Positions 51,901 through 64,000 of a stretch of 64,000 bases of DNA are shown here, piece by piece. The translations under genes and the position numbers were made by a program. The notes beneath the pieces were generated by a model. That model did no database searches, was not told where the DNA came from, and saw only the letters and a program-made list of their open reading frames with translations. This DNA comes from Octopus bimaculoides. Its lineage: Eukaryota. The stretch lies in assembly GCF_001194135.2 (NCBI RefSeq), contig NC_068986.1, forward strand, positions 66,253,799 through 66,317,798, read 5' to 3'. Numbering within the stretch: the stretch's first letter is position 1; each line of letters starts with the position of its first letter.

Positions 51901-52599
51901 TCAGAGTGATTAACATGTATGGAAATACCACTTTGTTGAACCCTGTAAATAAGACAAGGAAAAAATTCTTTCATCAAATGGATTAAGCAATGGATAAACT
52001 GCCAACCACTAGTGAGGTATTATTTGACCATGTCTGGAGAACAGTTTATCAGTAAGCTTCTGGACAGCTAGTGGGCTGTTCTCTATTGAATTTTGCTTGA
52101 ACCAAAGTATTAGTCATGGAACCACTCAGGTTCACAATTCCAGATTTTTTCTGAGCATACTGGGAATTAATTAAGTGTTTCTGCAATGCAACTGTTCACC
52201 ACTTTGAAAGTGCAATTGTTCTCCAGTATTTTAGATGTCGCAAAACACTGTCACATACTTGGTTAGAAACTTTAGTTATTAATACACAATTTTTTTTCAC
52301 TTAGAAATAAAATACTGCCTGTAAAATATAAATTATTTTCTTTATTCAAATAAATACACTTGACACTTGCATTTCAGAGGCTCCTTAAGTTAAAATAATA
52401 ATTATTAATTAATATAACTTTGAATGTATATATTTGGAAATATATCATCCTACATCAAAGAGAAAGGCATGCATATTGTCAATATTCATAATTAATATAA
52501 CTGATTAAAAATATTCTAATTAACATAACATTGTGCAAAATATACAGCTGTTCTATCTTGAGCAGTGCTAGTTCTCTCATATACACAATACATATTTTT

Positions 52600-52935
52600 A
52601 CCTTTTACTTGTTTCAGTTATTGGACTGTGGCTTTGTGGAGCATTGCTTGAAGGTTTCAATCAGACAAATCAACCCCATTACTTATTTTTTTAAACCACT
52701 AGTTTACAGAGATGTAAACAAACTAACAGTGGTTGTCAAGCTGTGGTGGGAGACAAATAAACACATATGTATATGGTGGGCTTCTTTTAGTTTCTGCCTA
52801 CCAAATTTTCTCACAAGGTTTTGATTGGCCCAGGATTATAGTAGAAAACATCTGTTGTCCACTGTGTCACACAATGGGGCTGAACCAGGAACCATGTGGT
52901 TGGGAAGCAAACTTTTTACCACTCAGTCACACCTA
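52600..52935 (-). mobile_element. SINE family 1 copy
   Basis: Reverse complement of 58054-58441. Confidence 0.75.
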
Positions 52936-53226
52936 ATACCATAAACATTGCAGATGTGTGGTGTTATGTGCCCTGGGGAGGGTATGTCAAATGCAGGGAG
53001 TGGTTTTTGATGAGAGTGATGAAGTTTGAAGGCACATTATTTCCATTGTGATTATATTGGACTTCGGTGATGAGATTCCATTTGAGTGAAATTTAGAAGT
53101 TACATTGAGCAAGTCCTCAGTTACACAGATGTACTTTGGGTAACAATATAAATAGGATGTAGCCTCACTACCACCTTGCAAAAGACTATATAACCATACA
53201 AACACATTTGAAAAACTGGAGTTTAA

Positions 53227-53450
53227 CCCTTTAGAGACCAACACACTTGTGACCACCGCTAGTCCTAGGATATTAATATACTGTTTTATAGTCATCTAAA
53301 TGAAAACCTTCCTTCAAAATTTTGTGTCACTTTATGTTTCAAACACCAGCTTAATAATAGCAGTTATTTTACTAAAAGTATTTTTTTTATTTTCAAAATA
53401 AATTGAAACAAAAACAGTGTATTTTTAACAGGAATATAGTAATAAAACAG
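53227..53450. mobile_element. piggyBac-like MITE
   Basis: TTAA|ccctttag at the left end, decayed ...aataaaacag|TTAA at the right end. Confidence 0.5.
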
Positions 53451-54373
53451 TTAACATTTCAGAAATGCAAAACTTGTAGCTTGTTTCCAACCAATCAGTT
53501 GTCCAGCTATGCTGGAAATCTGATGGAACAGATTTGACCAGACCTTTTCAACATCAGCAAATAACAATTTGAGAGTTAATATGTCAATAAGAATTAATAT
53601 GTAAATATTAAAATATACTAATTCTACCCTCTGGATGTTTTATCAATGAATATCATTTAGATATTATGAATGTTAGTTAAATCATTGACTATGAGGAAAA
53701 GAAATTTGCTTTCTAGTCACTCACATCAAAAGTTCAGAAATAACAGAAAAGCCAGGAATAAAAGAACATTTGAAATGAGTGAAAACAACAAAAGAAATAT
53801 TTCAGAACCATACCACAGTTGGATTTGACTATTCCTGAGATTAATATGCATTATACACCTGACATAATCTGATTAGTAGAACCACTGTTTTACAGCTGGT
53901 GTACAATGTAATTTCAAGTGTTGGCAATTGTGAGCTGTGATGCCTTCAGATTGCTAATATTTATAGCATTAAACTCTTGGTAAATGCTGAAAACTTTGAT
54001 AAACATCTTGGATGACTTCAAGAAAAGTACCTTAATGTAGTGCAGATTAAGTTATATAACACTTAGTGATGCCATCACTGAAATATGAAGTACCAACCAC
54101 TATAATAATTTTGACAAATTTGTCTGCCTGTAACAAACTTCCAGTATGGTTTTCAACTGCCTCCTTCTCTCTTGCTGTCCTTGTGTATGTATAATGTGTG
54201 TGTGTGTGTGTGTGTGTGTACATACGTGATCTCAACACAAAGAAGCTGCTACTTCTTTTTAAAAAAGTAAGTCTTATTGCAAAATAAAAAGTAGCTGATA
54301 AATCTCCATTCTTTGAATTTCTCCATATCTGTAGTTCTCAGTAGGTTGTCCAATGAGAACTTCTAGTTGTCAG

Positions 54374-55561
54374 CATCATCATCATCATCCTTTAACGTCT
54401 GTTTTCAATGCTGGCATGGATTGGATGGTTTGAACAGAGCTGGCAAGCCAGTGCATTACACCAGGTTCCTGTCTGATTTGGCTTGGTTTCTGCAGATGGA
54501 TGCCCTTCCTAATGCCAACCACTTTACAGTGTGTGCTGGGTACTTTTAATGTGGAACAAGCATGAGTGCTTTTTATGTGGCACTGGCACATATGCTTTTT
54601 ACATGGCACCAGCATGTGTGCTTTCTACATGGCACCGGCACCAGTGCTTTTTACATGGCACCAGCACAGAACTCTTGCAGGCCAATCCTCTTCACCAGGG
54701 GATGCGACCTTAAAATTTCTGCTGTGAAGAAGAGGTCTTCTTGAGTACAGCAAGGCACCAGGTATCTCAGTCCTTTGTCATATTGTCTGAAAGGTTCAGT
54801 ATCTTGAGGTTCTTTCAGTACTTCATCCCAAGTCTTCTTGAGTTTCCCTCTTCCATGAGTTCCATCAACTCTGAGAGAACAGCACTTCTTTAAGAGCTAT
54901 CAGCATCCATCTGCATCACATGACCAAACCAGCATAGTCTTCTCTCTTGCACATTGCATCTAATTCCCCCTATGCCTAACTTCTCTCTCAATACACTAGC
55001 ACTCTGTCACACATGTACACTTACATTAGACATCCAATGGAGCATACTAGCCTCATCCCTCCCTAACCTTCACACGTCCCCTACATTCATAGTCCACATC
55101 TCACTACCATGCATCATACAATCTTCCTTTCTCTCTGAGAGAGAAACTTTTGCTTACCAGCAGAGGTAAAAGCTCTTTGAATTTTTTTCATCCTTTTCTC
55201 ATTCTAGTTATTACACTATCCATACATCCACCCCACTACTAATTTGGTCTCCTAATTAACAGAAATTATCCACTACCTCTAAAAAGCATCTGGGTCATTT
55301 GAGAAAATCAATTTCCTGAGTATCTGTAGTTTTTATGGATCCTGTGCATCTTCCACATATGAATACTACTTTCTCTGGTAACCTCCCTATTATTCCACTG
55401 CACCTCTTGTGTGTCCATAGCTTGCACTGGATACACAGTATAGAATTTCTGCCTACAATTCTCAGTCCCCTCCTCTTTATCATTGTCCTGTATGCCAAAA
55501 CAGAGGAATTCAAGACTGGCAGCCCCTGGGAACTACTATATGCCAACCATCTTATCTTCAT
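54374..55561 (-). mobile_element. RTE LINE 3' fragment
   Basis: (cat)n tail, 3' UTR repeats, RNSILCIQCKLWTHKRCSGIIGRL...FICGRC. Confidence 0.8.
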
Positions 55562-56901
55562 AGCAGATTCCTCTATGTCTGTGGACTATATCTCTTCCTC
55601 TTTCTGTATAATTCATATGAGTATGTTTGTGTGTGTGTGTGTGTGTGTAAAGGATAAGGTACAAGAAGAGAAATAATTGTTGTGATCTACATAAGAGTTA
55701 TAAAAATTTTGCTTTATTTCTCTTTAAACTTGATATTTTTATTGTTTGGGTCTTTTGCAGTCCTGATTTGGTGATTTCCTTAAAATTTCATTGATCTCCT
55801 AACTAACTTTTAATCCTTGTTTATAAAAACACCACTAAATATTTCAAAACTTTGGAAAAATTCATTTGTTTTGCATAGCTGCAACAGTTTTACTTGGAAT
55901 TAACTTATCAAAACACTATGAGAATAACATATGCTGCAATATAAAAATATTTATATGAGAAATTATGTTTTACTTCTTTTGGAGAATTAATAGATCTTGT
56001 AAACACATTCAAGTATTCGCTTTAATAATCATCTGACCTGAATGCTATAAAGAATTATTTGTTACTACTTTAGTAATCGACTTGCAAAAAAAGAAAAAAG
56101 CAAATTGAAAACTTGATCATATTCTTTCTTTGTTAACCATTCTAATTTTAAGTGTTTATATTGGTTTAGTAATATTTTATCACATTACTGAATAAATGAC
56201 CATTCTATAATGAGTTAATTAAAAGTTAATTTAGATTTAAGTAGTAATAAGTGTAATTGATATCAACCAAATAAATTATATTCTCAATTTTGCTCAGAAT
56301 TGGAACAACAGTCTTTCTGTTGCTAATAATTATTTTTTAATAAGCCTTCTGGCTATATGTAACACCAGTGCCTGTTTAGACTCTGTGATTCTATGTTTAT
56401 CACCAGCCAAGATATCACTGTTGTCTCTAGCCCCAAATGTCTACCATTGATAGAACCAAGGAACTACACCCCCACCCTCCCTGATGCTGGTGTGAAGGAC
56501 TGCTAAATTTCCTCTGGACTAGTAAACCTGTTAATTAATATGAGAGTGCCTCCAAAAGTATAATGGTTCCAAATACTGAGAACCTTTGCCACACTACTGT
56601 TCTAAATACAATATTAGATTAAAATTTTGGCACAAGGCCAGCAATTTTCGGGGAAGATTAAGTTCGTTATATCAACCTCAATCTGCTATGAATCTGGCCA
56701 TGATATGTATGTATGTTTCTGTATTATTGATATACAAATGAAATTTTAAGAAATAAAAATCATACTGTTATCTTTGTATATAAACAATGTGTTTGAAGTA
56801 ATATATGGCACAGAAATGATTCTCATCCAACAAATTAGTTGCCAACTTACTGATTCATTTCTTAGACAATGCTAGATGTATTATAGTATATTCTAACAAT
56901 T

Positions 56902-57440
56902 CATCATCATCATCATTGTTTAATGTCCGTTTTCCATGCTAGCATGGGTTGGACGGTTTGACTGAGGACTGGCGAGCTAGGAAGCTGCTCCAAACTCCAA
57001 TCTGATCTGGCAAGGTTTCTGCAGTTGGATGCCCTTCCTAACACCAACCACTCCAAGAGTGTAGTGGGTGCGTTTTATGTGCCACTGGCACAAGAGCCAG
57101 TCAGGCAGCACTGGCATCAGCCACATTTGGATGGTGCTTTTTACATGCCACTGGCACAGGAGCCAGTCGGGGTGGGGATGGATGGATGGCTGGCATCAAC
57201 TATGTGCCTCCGGCACAGAAAGCTAGTCAGGCAGCACTGATATCGACCCACATTTGGATAGTGCTTATTGCATGCCACCAGCACAGGTGTCAGTAAGGCA
57301 ATACTGGCATCAGCCACAGCTATAACTTCCATTTTGATTTCGATTTGATTGAGATTCTGATTTTGATTTTACTTGACTCAATAGGTCTTCTCAAGCGCAG
57401 TGTGTCGCCTGATGATTCAAAGGTACTTTTTAAATGGACT
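56902..57440 (-). mobile_element. RTE 3' UTR with about 4 tandem units
   Basis: catcatcatcattgtttaatgtccgttttccatgctagcatggg tail; gagccagtc/ggtgctttt units. Confidence 0.8.
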
Positions 57441-58053
57441 GGTTATGCGACACTGGTATAAGTCAATCGTTTCATTAATCACCAAGATTCCTATAGCCCT
57501 TGTTCAATTCTAGTGTCCATGGCATTCAGCAAATGAGAGATAAATCTCACTTTGAACAGATGGTTAGCTTATCATAGGTAATTTTTCCAGAAAAGCCCCA
57601 AAACTTTATTTTGCTACTGATTATTTTTATTATTCAAATTTTGTAAAAATACAGGGATTCCCCTAAGATTATTAAGTAAACAAGCAGAATATTCTGAAAG
57701 AAAAGTGAAGGTAGAAAAATAAAATTGATTTCTTCTATTAGTGTATGTTCACTAATTTGAAGATAGAAATTAATTCAGTTAATTGCTATTCTTTATTTTA
57801 TCAGTTATAAGGATGGAATCTCTAACAGGATGTGACCTCAAAGTTGAAAGAAACATAATCAAAACACTCGAGTCAGACACTTACTCTTGCCATTCCTCTT
57901 AATAACATGATTTAAAAGGAAAAACCCAGCTAAATAATAACTGTCCTGTTTTTTTTTTTTTGTTTTTTTCCCAATTAAATGAGGTAATGAATTTCAGAAA
58001 AATATCACAAAAACAATCCCTGAAAGGAATTATTTACCTTTCTTTACCAAATA

Positions 58054-58441
58054 GGCACAGGAGTGGCTGTGTGGTAAGTAGCTTGCTTACCAACTACATG
58101 GTTCTGGGTTCAGTCCCACTTTGTGGCACCTTGGGCAAATGTCTTCTACTATAGCTTCGGGCCGACCAAAGTTTTGTGAGTGGATTTGGTAGACTGAAAC
58201 CGAAAGAAGCCCATCGTATATATGTATATGTATGTGTGTTTGTGTTTGTCCCCCAACATTGCTTGACAACCGATGCTGGTGTGTTTACGTCCCCGACATT
58301 TAGCGGTTTGGCAAAAGAGACCGATAGAATAAGTACTAAGCTTACAAAGAATAAGTCCTGGGGTTGATTTCTTCGACTAAAGGCGGTGCTCCAGCATAGC
58401 CACAGTCAAATGACTGAAACAAGTAAAAGAGTAAAAGAGTA
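58054..58441 (+). mobile_element. tRNA-derived SINE family 1, full length
   Basis: Head ggagtggctgtgtggtaag...gggttcagtccc (A/B boxes), central microsatellite, (gtaaaaga)n tail. Confidence 0.9.
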
Positions 58442-59869
58442 ACTAATTCGTTGTTTATGTGATGCAGTACCTTGAAGGTAGCATATGCCATTTGTCTAAT
58501 GGTATTTGTAGTTATTTAATTTTTGCATTTTTATTAGGAATGTTAAACTTTAAAGAATGGTAAGGTAATAGGAATCTAAGCTACTCAACAAAAGGTTGTT
58601 ATTTCACAGCTTGTCACTCAGATTGCTTTGTGTTTGTGGTAACATTCAACAACATCTATGATCTAGATGCAAGCAAGTTCTAGAGAATAATTCAAAAGTT
58701 TTCTATTATGGTCTAAAGAAAAATGAGTTTCCTAAACTTCATTTCTTTAACAGTTTTGATATTAACTTGCTTAACTGTGGTTCTATCTTAAAGTGTCCAT
58801 TCATACCTAATTCAAAACTTTACATCATAATTTTTTTAGAAACTTTTGTTGTGTTCAAAGCACCATCTTGATGTAAATATTATTGTAAAAGTGAATGTTG
58901 TGTTAGAACACAAAATACTGCAAGAGTGCTTATATGCACCAAAAACAAATATGAGAGTTTCTCTCATGGTAATTATTACAGTATTTTGTGTTCTAACACA
59001 ATATCCACTTTTAAGGAGGGATAAATATTACCTTCTGGTATTAATACTGCTTCTGTTGCTAATAATTATTTTTTTATAAGCACACCGGCTATTCGTGTCA
59101 CCAGTGCCTATTTAGACTCTGTGATTCTATGTTTATCACCAGCCGAGACATCACTGTTGTCTCTAGCCCCAAGTATCTACCATTGATAGAGCCAAGGAAG
59201 GCTGAAATCACATGATCTGGCAGTCACAGTGGTGATGATGGTGGATGATTTATTTCCCAGCTATTAATGTATACAAGAATGCTTATATGCACCAAAAGCC
59301 AATATGAGAGTTACTCTCATGGTAACTACAGCAGTATTTTCTGTTCTAACACAACATCCACTTTTAAGTGGGGATAAATATAACTAGAACCATGTTTTGC
59401 TTGCTGCATCTTGTACCCTTCTGATCATCTGTTCCACTACCATTGACCCCCTTCAAGAACGAAAAGAAATAGAATATGTTGGTGCTGAGCAATATCACTG
59501 TTTAGCTGACACAGTTTAGATCTTGAAGATTCAGAGAATTCATATGATACAAGAAAATGTGTTGGTTAGGCTTTCATATCTATTGTTTGAATCTCATATA
59601 TGCTTCAATTTTATTTACATTGTATTTGAAACAGATCAAAAATCTATCAGAAGGAAGAAAAACTTGCAAATCCAAGATTTCACTATTCCAGTTTTGCTTG
59701 AGCATTCTCCAGTCATTTATTACTTCTCTGTGTTTAGCCCATTGAAATTAAGCTTCTATTCCATTATATTCAGCTATGACCCTGAAGCATGCATGAGTGT
59801 ATGAATCTGTTTTTTTTTTGTTTTTTTAATTATGACTGGTTAAATGAAGCAGTAAGTAACAAGTAAGGC

Positions 59870-60275
59870 TTGTTAGTCCCTCATTATGGTCCCAGCAGAC
59901 AAAATGAAAAAGGCACTGCCCTGGAGGATGGTATGGGAGATGTGCTGGAACAACCACTCTGACTCACAGGCCTTGCACTTGCAGATAGCCATCTCCACCC
60001 TAATAATGGTGAGCGGGGATGTGGTCCAGGGGCTGAGAATGCCAGAGGTCTCCACTACCACAGGCTCAACCACAAATCTATCAGAGAGTGCCTTTACTTG
60101 GACAGTTTCCCTTTCTTATGCTGACAAGCAGTGAAGCCTGCGCTGACAGCTAAACATACCATGTTGCCACTGGAGGGGGTGTCACAGCATGTGGCATCCC
60201 AGATGAGGGGGCCTTCCATTGTGGAATGAGAAAATTGTCATGCTATCTGGCTTTTTACCATCCCCTTGATCTAGA
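59870..60275 (-). mobile_element. CRE-like non-LTR element, restriction-like endonuclease C-terminus
   Basis: DGKKPDSMTIFSFHNGRPLIWDATCCDT ... VVVETSG ... WLFQHISHTILQGSA (DGKRPDG..WDAT; FQR.S.A.QRGNA-like). Confidence 0.7.
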
Positions 60276-60309
60276 ATAAACAAAATCCAACTTCAAACTT
60301 GAATGATGG

Positions 60310-60490
60310 ACACTCAGCCTGCTAGAAATAGCAACCAAATCTCTCTCAAATCACACCCTGCACTTTTCAGATACATTGGACAATGTAATTTATACATCTT
60401 GTACCTGGAAAAAGTTTGGACTACCATAGCTAGAAACCTTTGATCATGTGTCTAATCAATCAAGATTAATCAGGAGCTAAACAGTAATCA
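60310..60490 (+). mobile_element. SINE-like family 4 3' part
   Basis: gctagaaatagcaaccaaatctctctcaaatcacacc...ggagctaaacagtaa. Confidence 0.55.
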
Positions 60491-61009
60491 TTCAAACATT
60501 CCAGTTCAAAATAATACACTATTGTTTATTTTTATGTAGTATTTGACGATCTACTTTTAATCAAGTAACCCATCCAAAGTTAATGTCTGATAAAATTATA
60601 TTTCTATGAAACGTAGTTTCCCTGCTGTGTAGAGTCCCATTGGATTTTACTTACTTTTTCTTCTCAAACCAGATATGCCATTTATGTTGTGCTTACTCAT
60701 TTCCTAGTCCTTAATGACATCAAGGGATCAAAAAAATGCATTGTTCATTATTGTTTTAATTTCATTTTCACTGCAATTAGATAGTTAACAATTCACATAG
60801 TATTACAGCTGAAGTATTTAACCCCATCCTATTTTCCTCAAGTCATTGTCAGCTATAAGTATAATCCAAATAACAAATGTCATTGGCACTTAGCTATCTA
60901 AAGTATCCCTAAACTACAATTATGATTGGCTTCAGATAATAGTACAAGCATCCCTATGGTAAATAACTTTAGAAAACAAGTTACCACTCTATTTAACAAT
61001 GTATTTTAT

Positions 61010-61640
61010 CTTTTATTTGTTTTATTCATTGAACCGCAGTCATGGTGGGGCACTGCCTTTGAAAGATTTGCTCAAAGAAATCCACCCCACTCCTAGTACT
61101 TATTTTTTTTTTTTATTAAAGTCTGGTACTTATTCAATCAAGCTCTTTTGCCAAATTGCTAAGCTACAGGGACATAAACAAACCAACACAGTTTGTCAAG
61201 TGGTAGTGAGTGACAAACAAAAATACATTACTCACAGTCATACACACACAAACACAGCAAAGCTACTCACACACACACATACAGAAAGGTTACATAAGAA
61301 AAAGTAAACTAATTCTGCTCAGGAATAGTTGTGGAACAGATTTTTGGTTCCACATTTGAACCTTTAAACATCAATATGAATTTTTATTTTCTAAATTTTC
61401 CTTAAGTTTTCTTAAAGTAAAGGTTGTATAGTTTTACTTCAGTTTCTTTTATTTTTTTTACTTGTTTCACTTGTTAGACTGCAACCATGCTGGAGTACTG
61501 TCTTGAGGAATTTTTGTCAAACTAATTGACCCACAGTAATTTTTTTAAGCTTGCTACTTATTCTATTGTTATCTTTTGCTGAGCTACTATGGGGATGTAA
61601 ACACACCAACACCAGTTGTCAAACAGTAGTAAAGGACAAA
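61010..61640 (-). mobile_element. two SINE family 1 3' fragments (61010-61260, 61455-61640)
   Basis: Each is a reverse complement of the family 1 3' half. Confidence 0.65.
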
Positions 61641-61670
61641 CACAGACACAAAGTCACACACAAACACACA

Positions 61671-62035
61671 GGAGCCAGTCAGGTGGGCCTGGCATTGATC
61701 ACGTTCAGATAGTGCTTTTTATGTGTCACCGGCACGGGGGCCAGTCAGGGGGTACTGGCATCGGCCACATTCAGATGGTGCTTTTTATGTGCCACCAGTA
61801 AGGGAGCCAGTCAAGCAGTCCTGGCATCAATCACATTCGGATGGTGCTTTTTACGTGCCACCAGTACAGGAGCCAGTCAGGGGGTGCTGGCATCAGCCAC
61901 ATTTGGATAGTGCTTTTTACGTGCCTCTGCCACAGGAGCCAGTCAAGGGGTGCTGGCATTGGCCATGTTCAGATGGTGCTTTTTACGTTCCACTGGCATG
62001 GGAGCCAGTCAGAGGGCACTGGCTACAGCTACAAT
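61671..62035. repeat. 66-bp tandem array, six anchors (last unit partial), in RTE 3' UTR
   Basis: ggagccagtc-like anchors at 61671, 61737, 61803, 61869, 61935, 62001. Confidence 0.9.
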
Positions 62036-63975
62036 ATTGGTTTTACTTAACTCAACAGGTCTTCTCAAGCATACCATATCACCCAATGCATCAGGGTTAC
62101 TCTTAACTGGGCCAGATAGGCATGGCTGCAATCTCACTTTCGTTGCTGGGTCTTCTCAATCACAGCATATCTCCAAAGGTCTCGGTCTCCTGTCATTGCC
62201 TCTGTGAGGCCCAATGTTCAAAGGTCATACTTCACCACCCCATCCCATGTCTTCTTGGGTCTAACTCTTCCACAGTTAGGGAGTGGCACTTCCACACACA
62301 TCTGTCTTCATCCATATATAACACATGACCATACCAGCACAGTTGTCTCTCTTGCACACCACATGTGATACTTCTTATGCACAAATTTTCCCTCAGAGCG
62401 CTTACACTCTGTTGTGTATGCACACTGACATTACACATTTCTTTCAAGCCTACACATGTTCTCAGTAGTCATGGCCCATGTTTCACTGCAGTGTAGCATG
62501 GCTGTTCACACACATGCATCATACAGTCTACTGTTCATCCTGAGCGAGAGGCCCTTAGTTGCCAGCTGAGGTAGGAGCTCCCTGAACTTTGCCCAAGCTA
62601 TTCTTATTGTAGCCGCTACACTCTCAGAGCAACCATCCCCACTACAGATTTGGTCACCTAGGTAATGGAAGCTATTAACTACTTCTAGTTTCTCCCCCCG
62701 GCATGTGATGGAATCTGTTTTCTGTACATCTTCAGTATTTATTGCCCCTGTACATCTGCCACACACAAAAGCTATCTTCCCTGTTAACCTTCCTTTGATA
62801 TTGCTGCACCTTTTATGTGTCCATAGCTTACATCAGGTACATCGTATGGAGTTTCTACCCACGCCTTTTCTACAGATTGAGCAGGGCATTCTACCTGGAG
62901 GGGTTTATGATTTGACAGCCTTCCTACTTACTAAGACTTTGGTTTTAGCTAGGTTAACCCTAAGGCCCTTTAATTCTAGACCTTGCTTTCACACCCTAAA
63001 CTTCATCTCTAGTTCTGGCAGTGACTCGGCTATTAGAGCAAGGTCATCAGCATAGAACAATTATCTTGAATTCCTCTGTTATTGCCTGGAGAACTATAGT
63101 GAATAAGTGGGGGCTGAGGACTGATCCTTGGTGAACCCCTACTTCTATTTAGAATTCTTCACTATACTTGTTTCCAACCCTCACCTTACTGACAGCATCC
63201 CTGTACAGGGCTTGTACAGCTCTTACCAACCACTCATTTATCCCCAGTTTCCACATTGACCACCAGATAAGTGATTGGGGGACCCTGTCAAAGGCTTTCT
63301 TCAAGTCGACAAAAGCCAGCACAGAGGTTTATCTTTGGCTAGATATTTCTCTTGCTGTTGCCTTACAGAAATATAGCATCAGTGGTGCTTCTTCCTGGCA
63401 CAAAACCAAACTACATCTCATCTAGGCTAACTCTCTCCCTAATTAGTTGGGCTATGACCCTCTCTGTATCTTTCATCACCTGATCCAATAATTTGATATC
63501 CTTGTAGTTGTTTCTATCTAAAGCATCACCTTTACCCTTGCAGCAGTTGACTATGGTGCTGCTACATCAGTCATTGGGTATGACTCCTTCATGAACTACC
63601 TGATTTACGATGCAGGTGACAAGACCATAACCCGCCCCGCCTGATATTTTAAGCATCTCAGTGATGATTCCTGATGGGCCAGGTGCTTTCCTTGTCTTCA
63701 TATCCTTAGTCGCTTTATTTACCAGGGTACTGTCAATTTAGGTAGCTGGTCCCTCAATTGGGTTAGGCTTTGGCAGACTCTCCTTCTCCACATTCAGCAA
63801 TCCTTCATAATGGCATCTCCAAGCCTCTTTCTTTGCAGAGTCATTAAACACAAGGGCACCGTCATCCATGCAGATGCATTTCTCACCTATGACATCATGG
63901 TTATCTCTCACACACTGTCTTGTGAGTCCAAAACAAGACAGTGTTTTGGACTCTGTCTTGTCTTGCAGGGTCACC
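62036..63975 (-). mobile_element. RTE LINE RT domain and C-terminus, 5' truncated by window edge
   Basis: VHQGSVLSP, YADDLALIAES, LRVNLAKTKVL, LEVVNSFHYLGDQI, SRLYDACV, LCWYGHV. Confidence 0.9.
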
Positions 63976-64000
63976 TTATTGATAGGTTAACATATATATA

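Larger units (their letters stand above)
49450..52250 (+). mobile_element. Academ (XPG-type) transposase remnant interrupted by mariner and SINE
   Basis: PSLSDIGKLHLPNTKSCFLKCL, YIPDSF, WINILWHPMNKNDF; SHKKVDT (HEEADT-like), ADMLVAFRMGKNDRFYDISTIC, VFHACSGCNKSAF, MDKLPTTSEVLFDHVWRTVYQ, ELIKCFC. Confidence 0.7.

Noticed and set aside
58538-59800. 22-nt microexon (GMLNFKEW) and exon-like segments at 59.5-59.8 kb
   Set aside because: The phases do not join into a coherent ORF; unsupported without RNA data
61671-62035. CRISPR-like regular array
   Set aside because: The units are whole tandem repeats with no unique spacers, the context is eukaryotic, and no cas genes are present

Overview
AT-rich metazoan draft-assembly DNA with many N gaps next to (TA)n/(CA)n runs. 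The repeat content points to an octopus (inference from recognisable tRNA-derived SINEs and RTE tails). The window is mostly decayed, partly nested transposable elements. These are at least four SINE families, RTE/CR1/CRE LINEs, a Penelope-like element, Gypsy pol, three mariners, a near full-length Tigger/pogo, Academ, a Helitron with STPR-like repeats, a HINE, and hAT- and piggyBac-type MITEs. No complete host gene can be assembled; only weak candidate exons are visible, the best being a signal-peptide-like exon at 9942-9987 (-). The most unusual observations are: (i) an intronless, decayed USP/C19 deubiquitinase-like ORF beside a three-copy, partly inverted AT-rich coding-like repeat, possibly virus- or Polinton-derived; (ii) a structurally intact minimal hammerhead ribozyme lying antisense to the Penelope RT; (iii) palindromic elements built from head-to-head telomere-like repeats; (iv) an RT-less CR1; (v) a 66-bp hairpin VNTR in RTE 3' UTRs. 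All family assignments come from motif recognition by eye; no database search was run.
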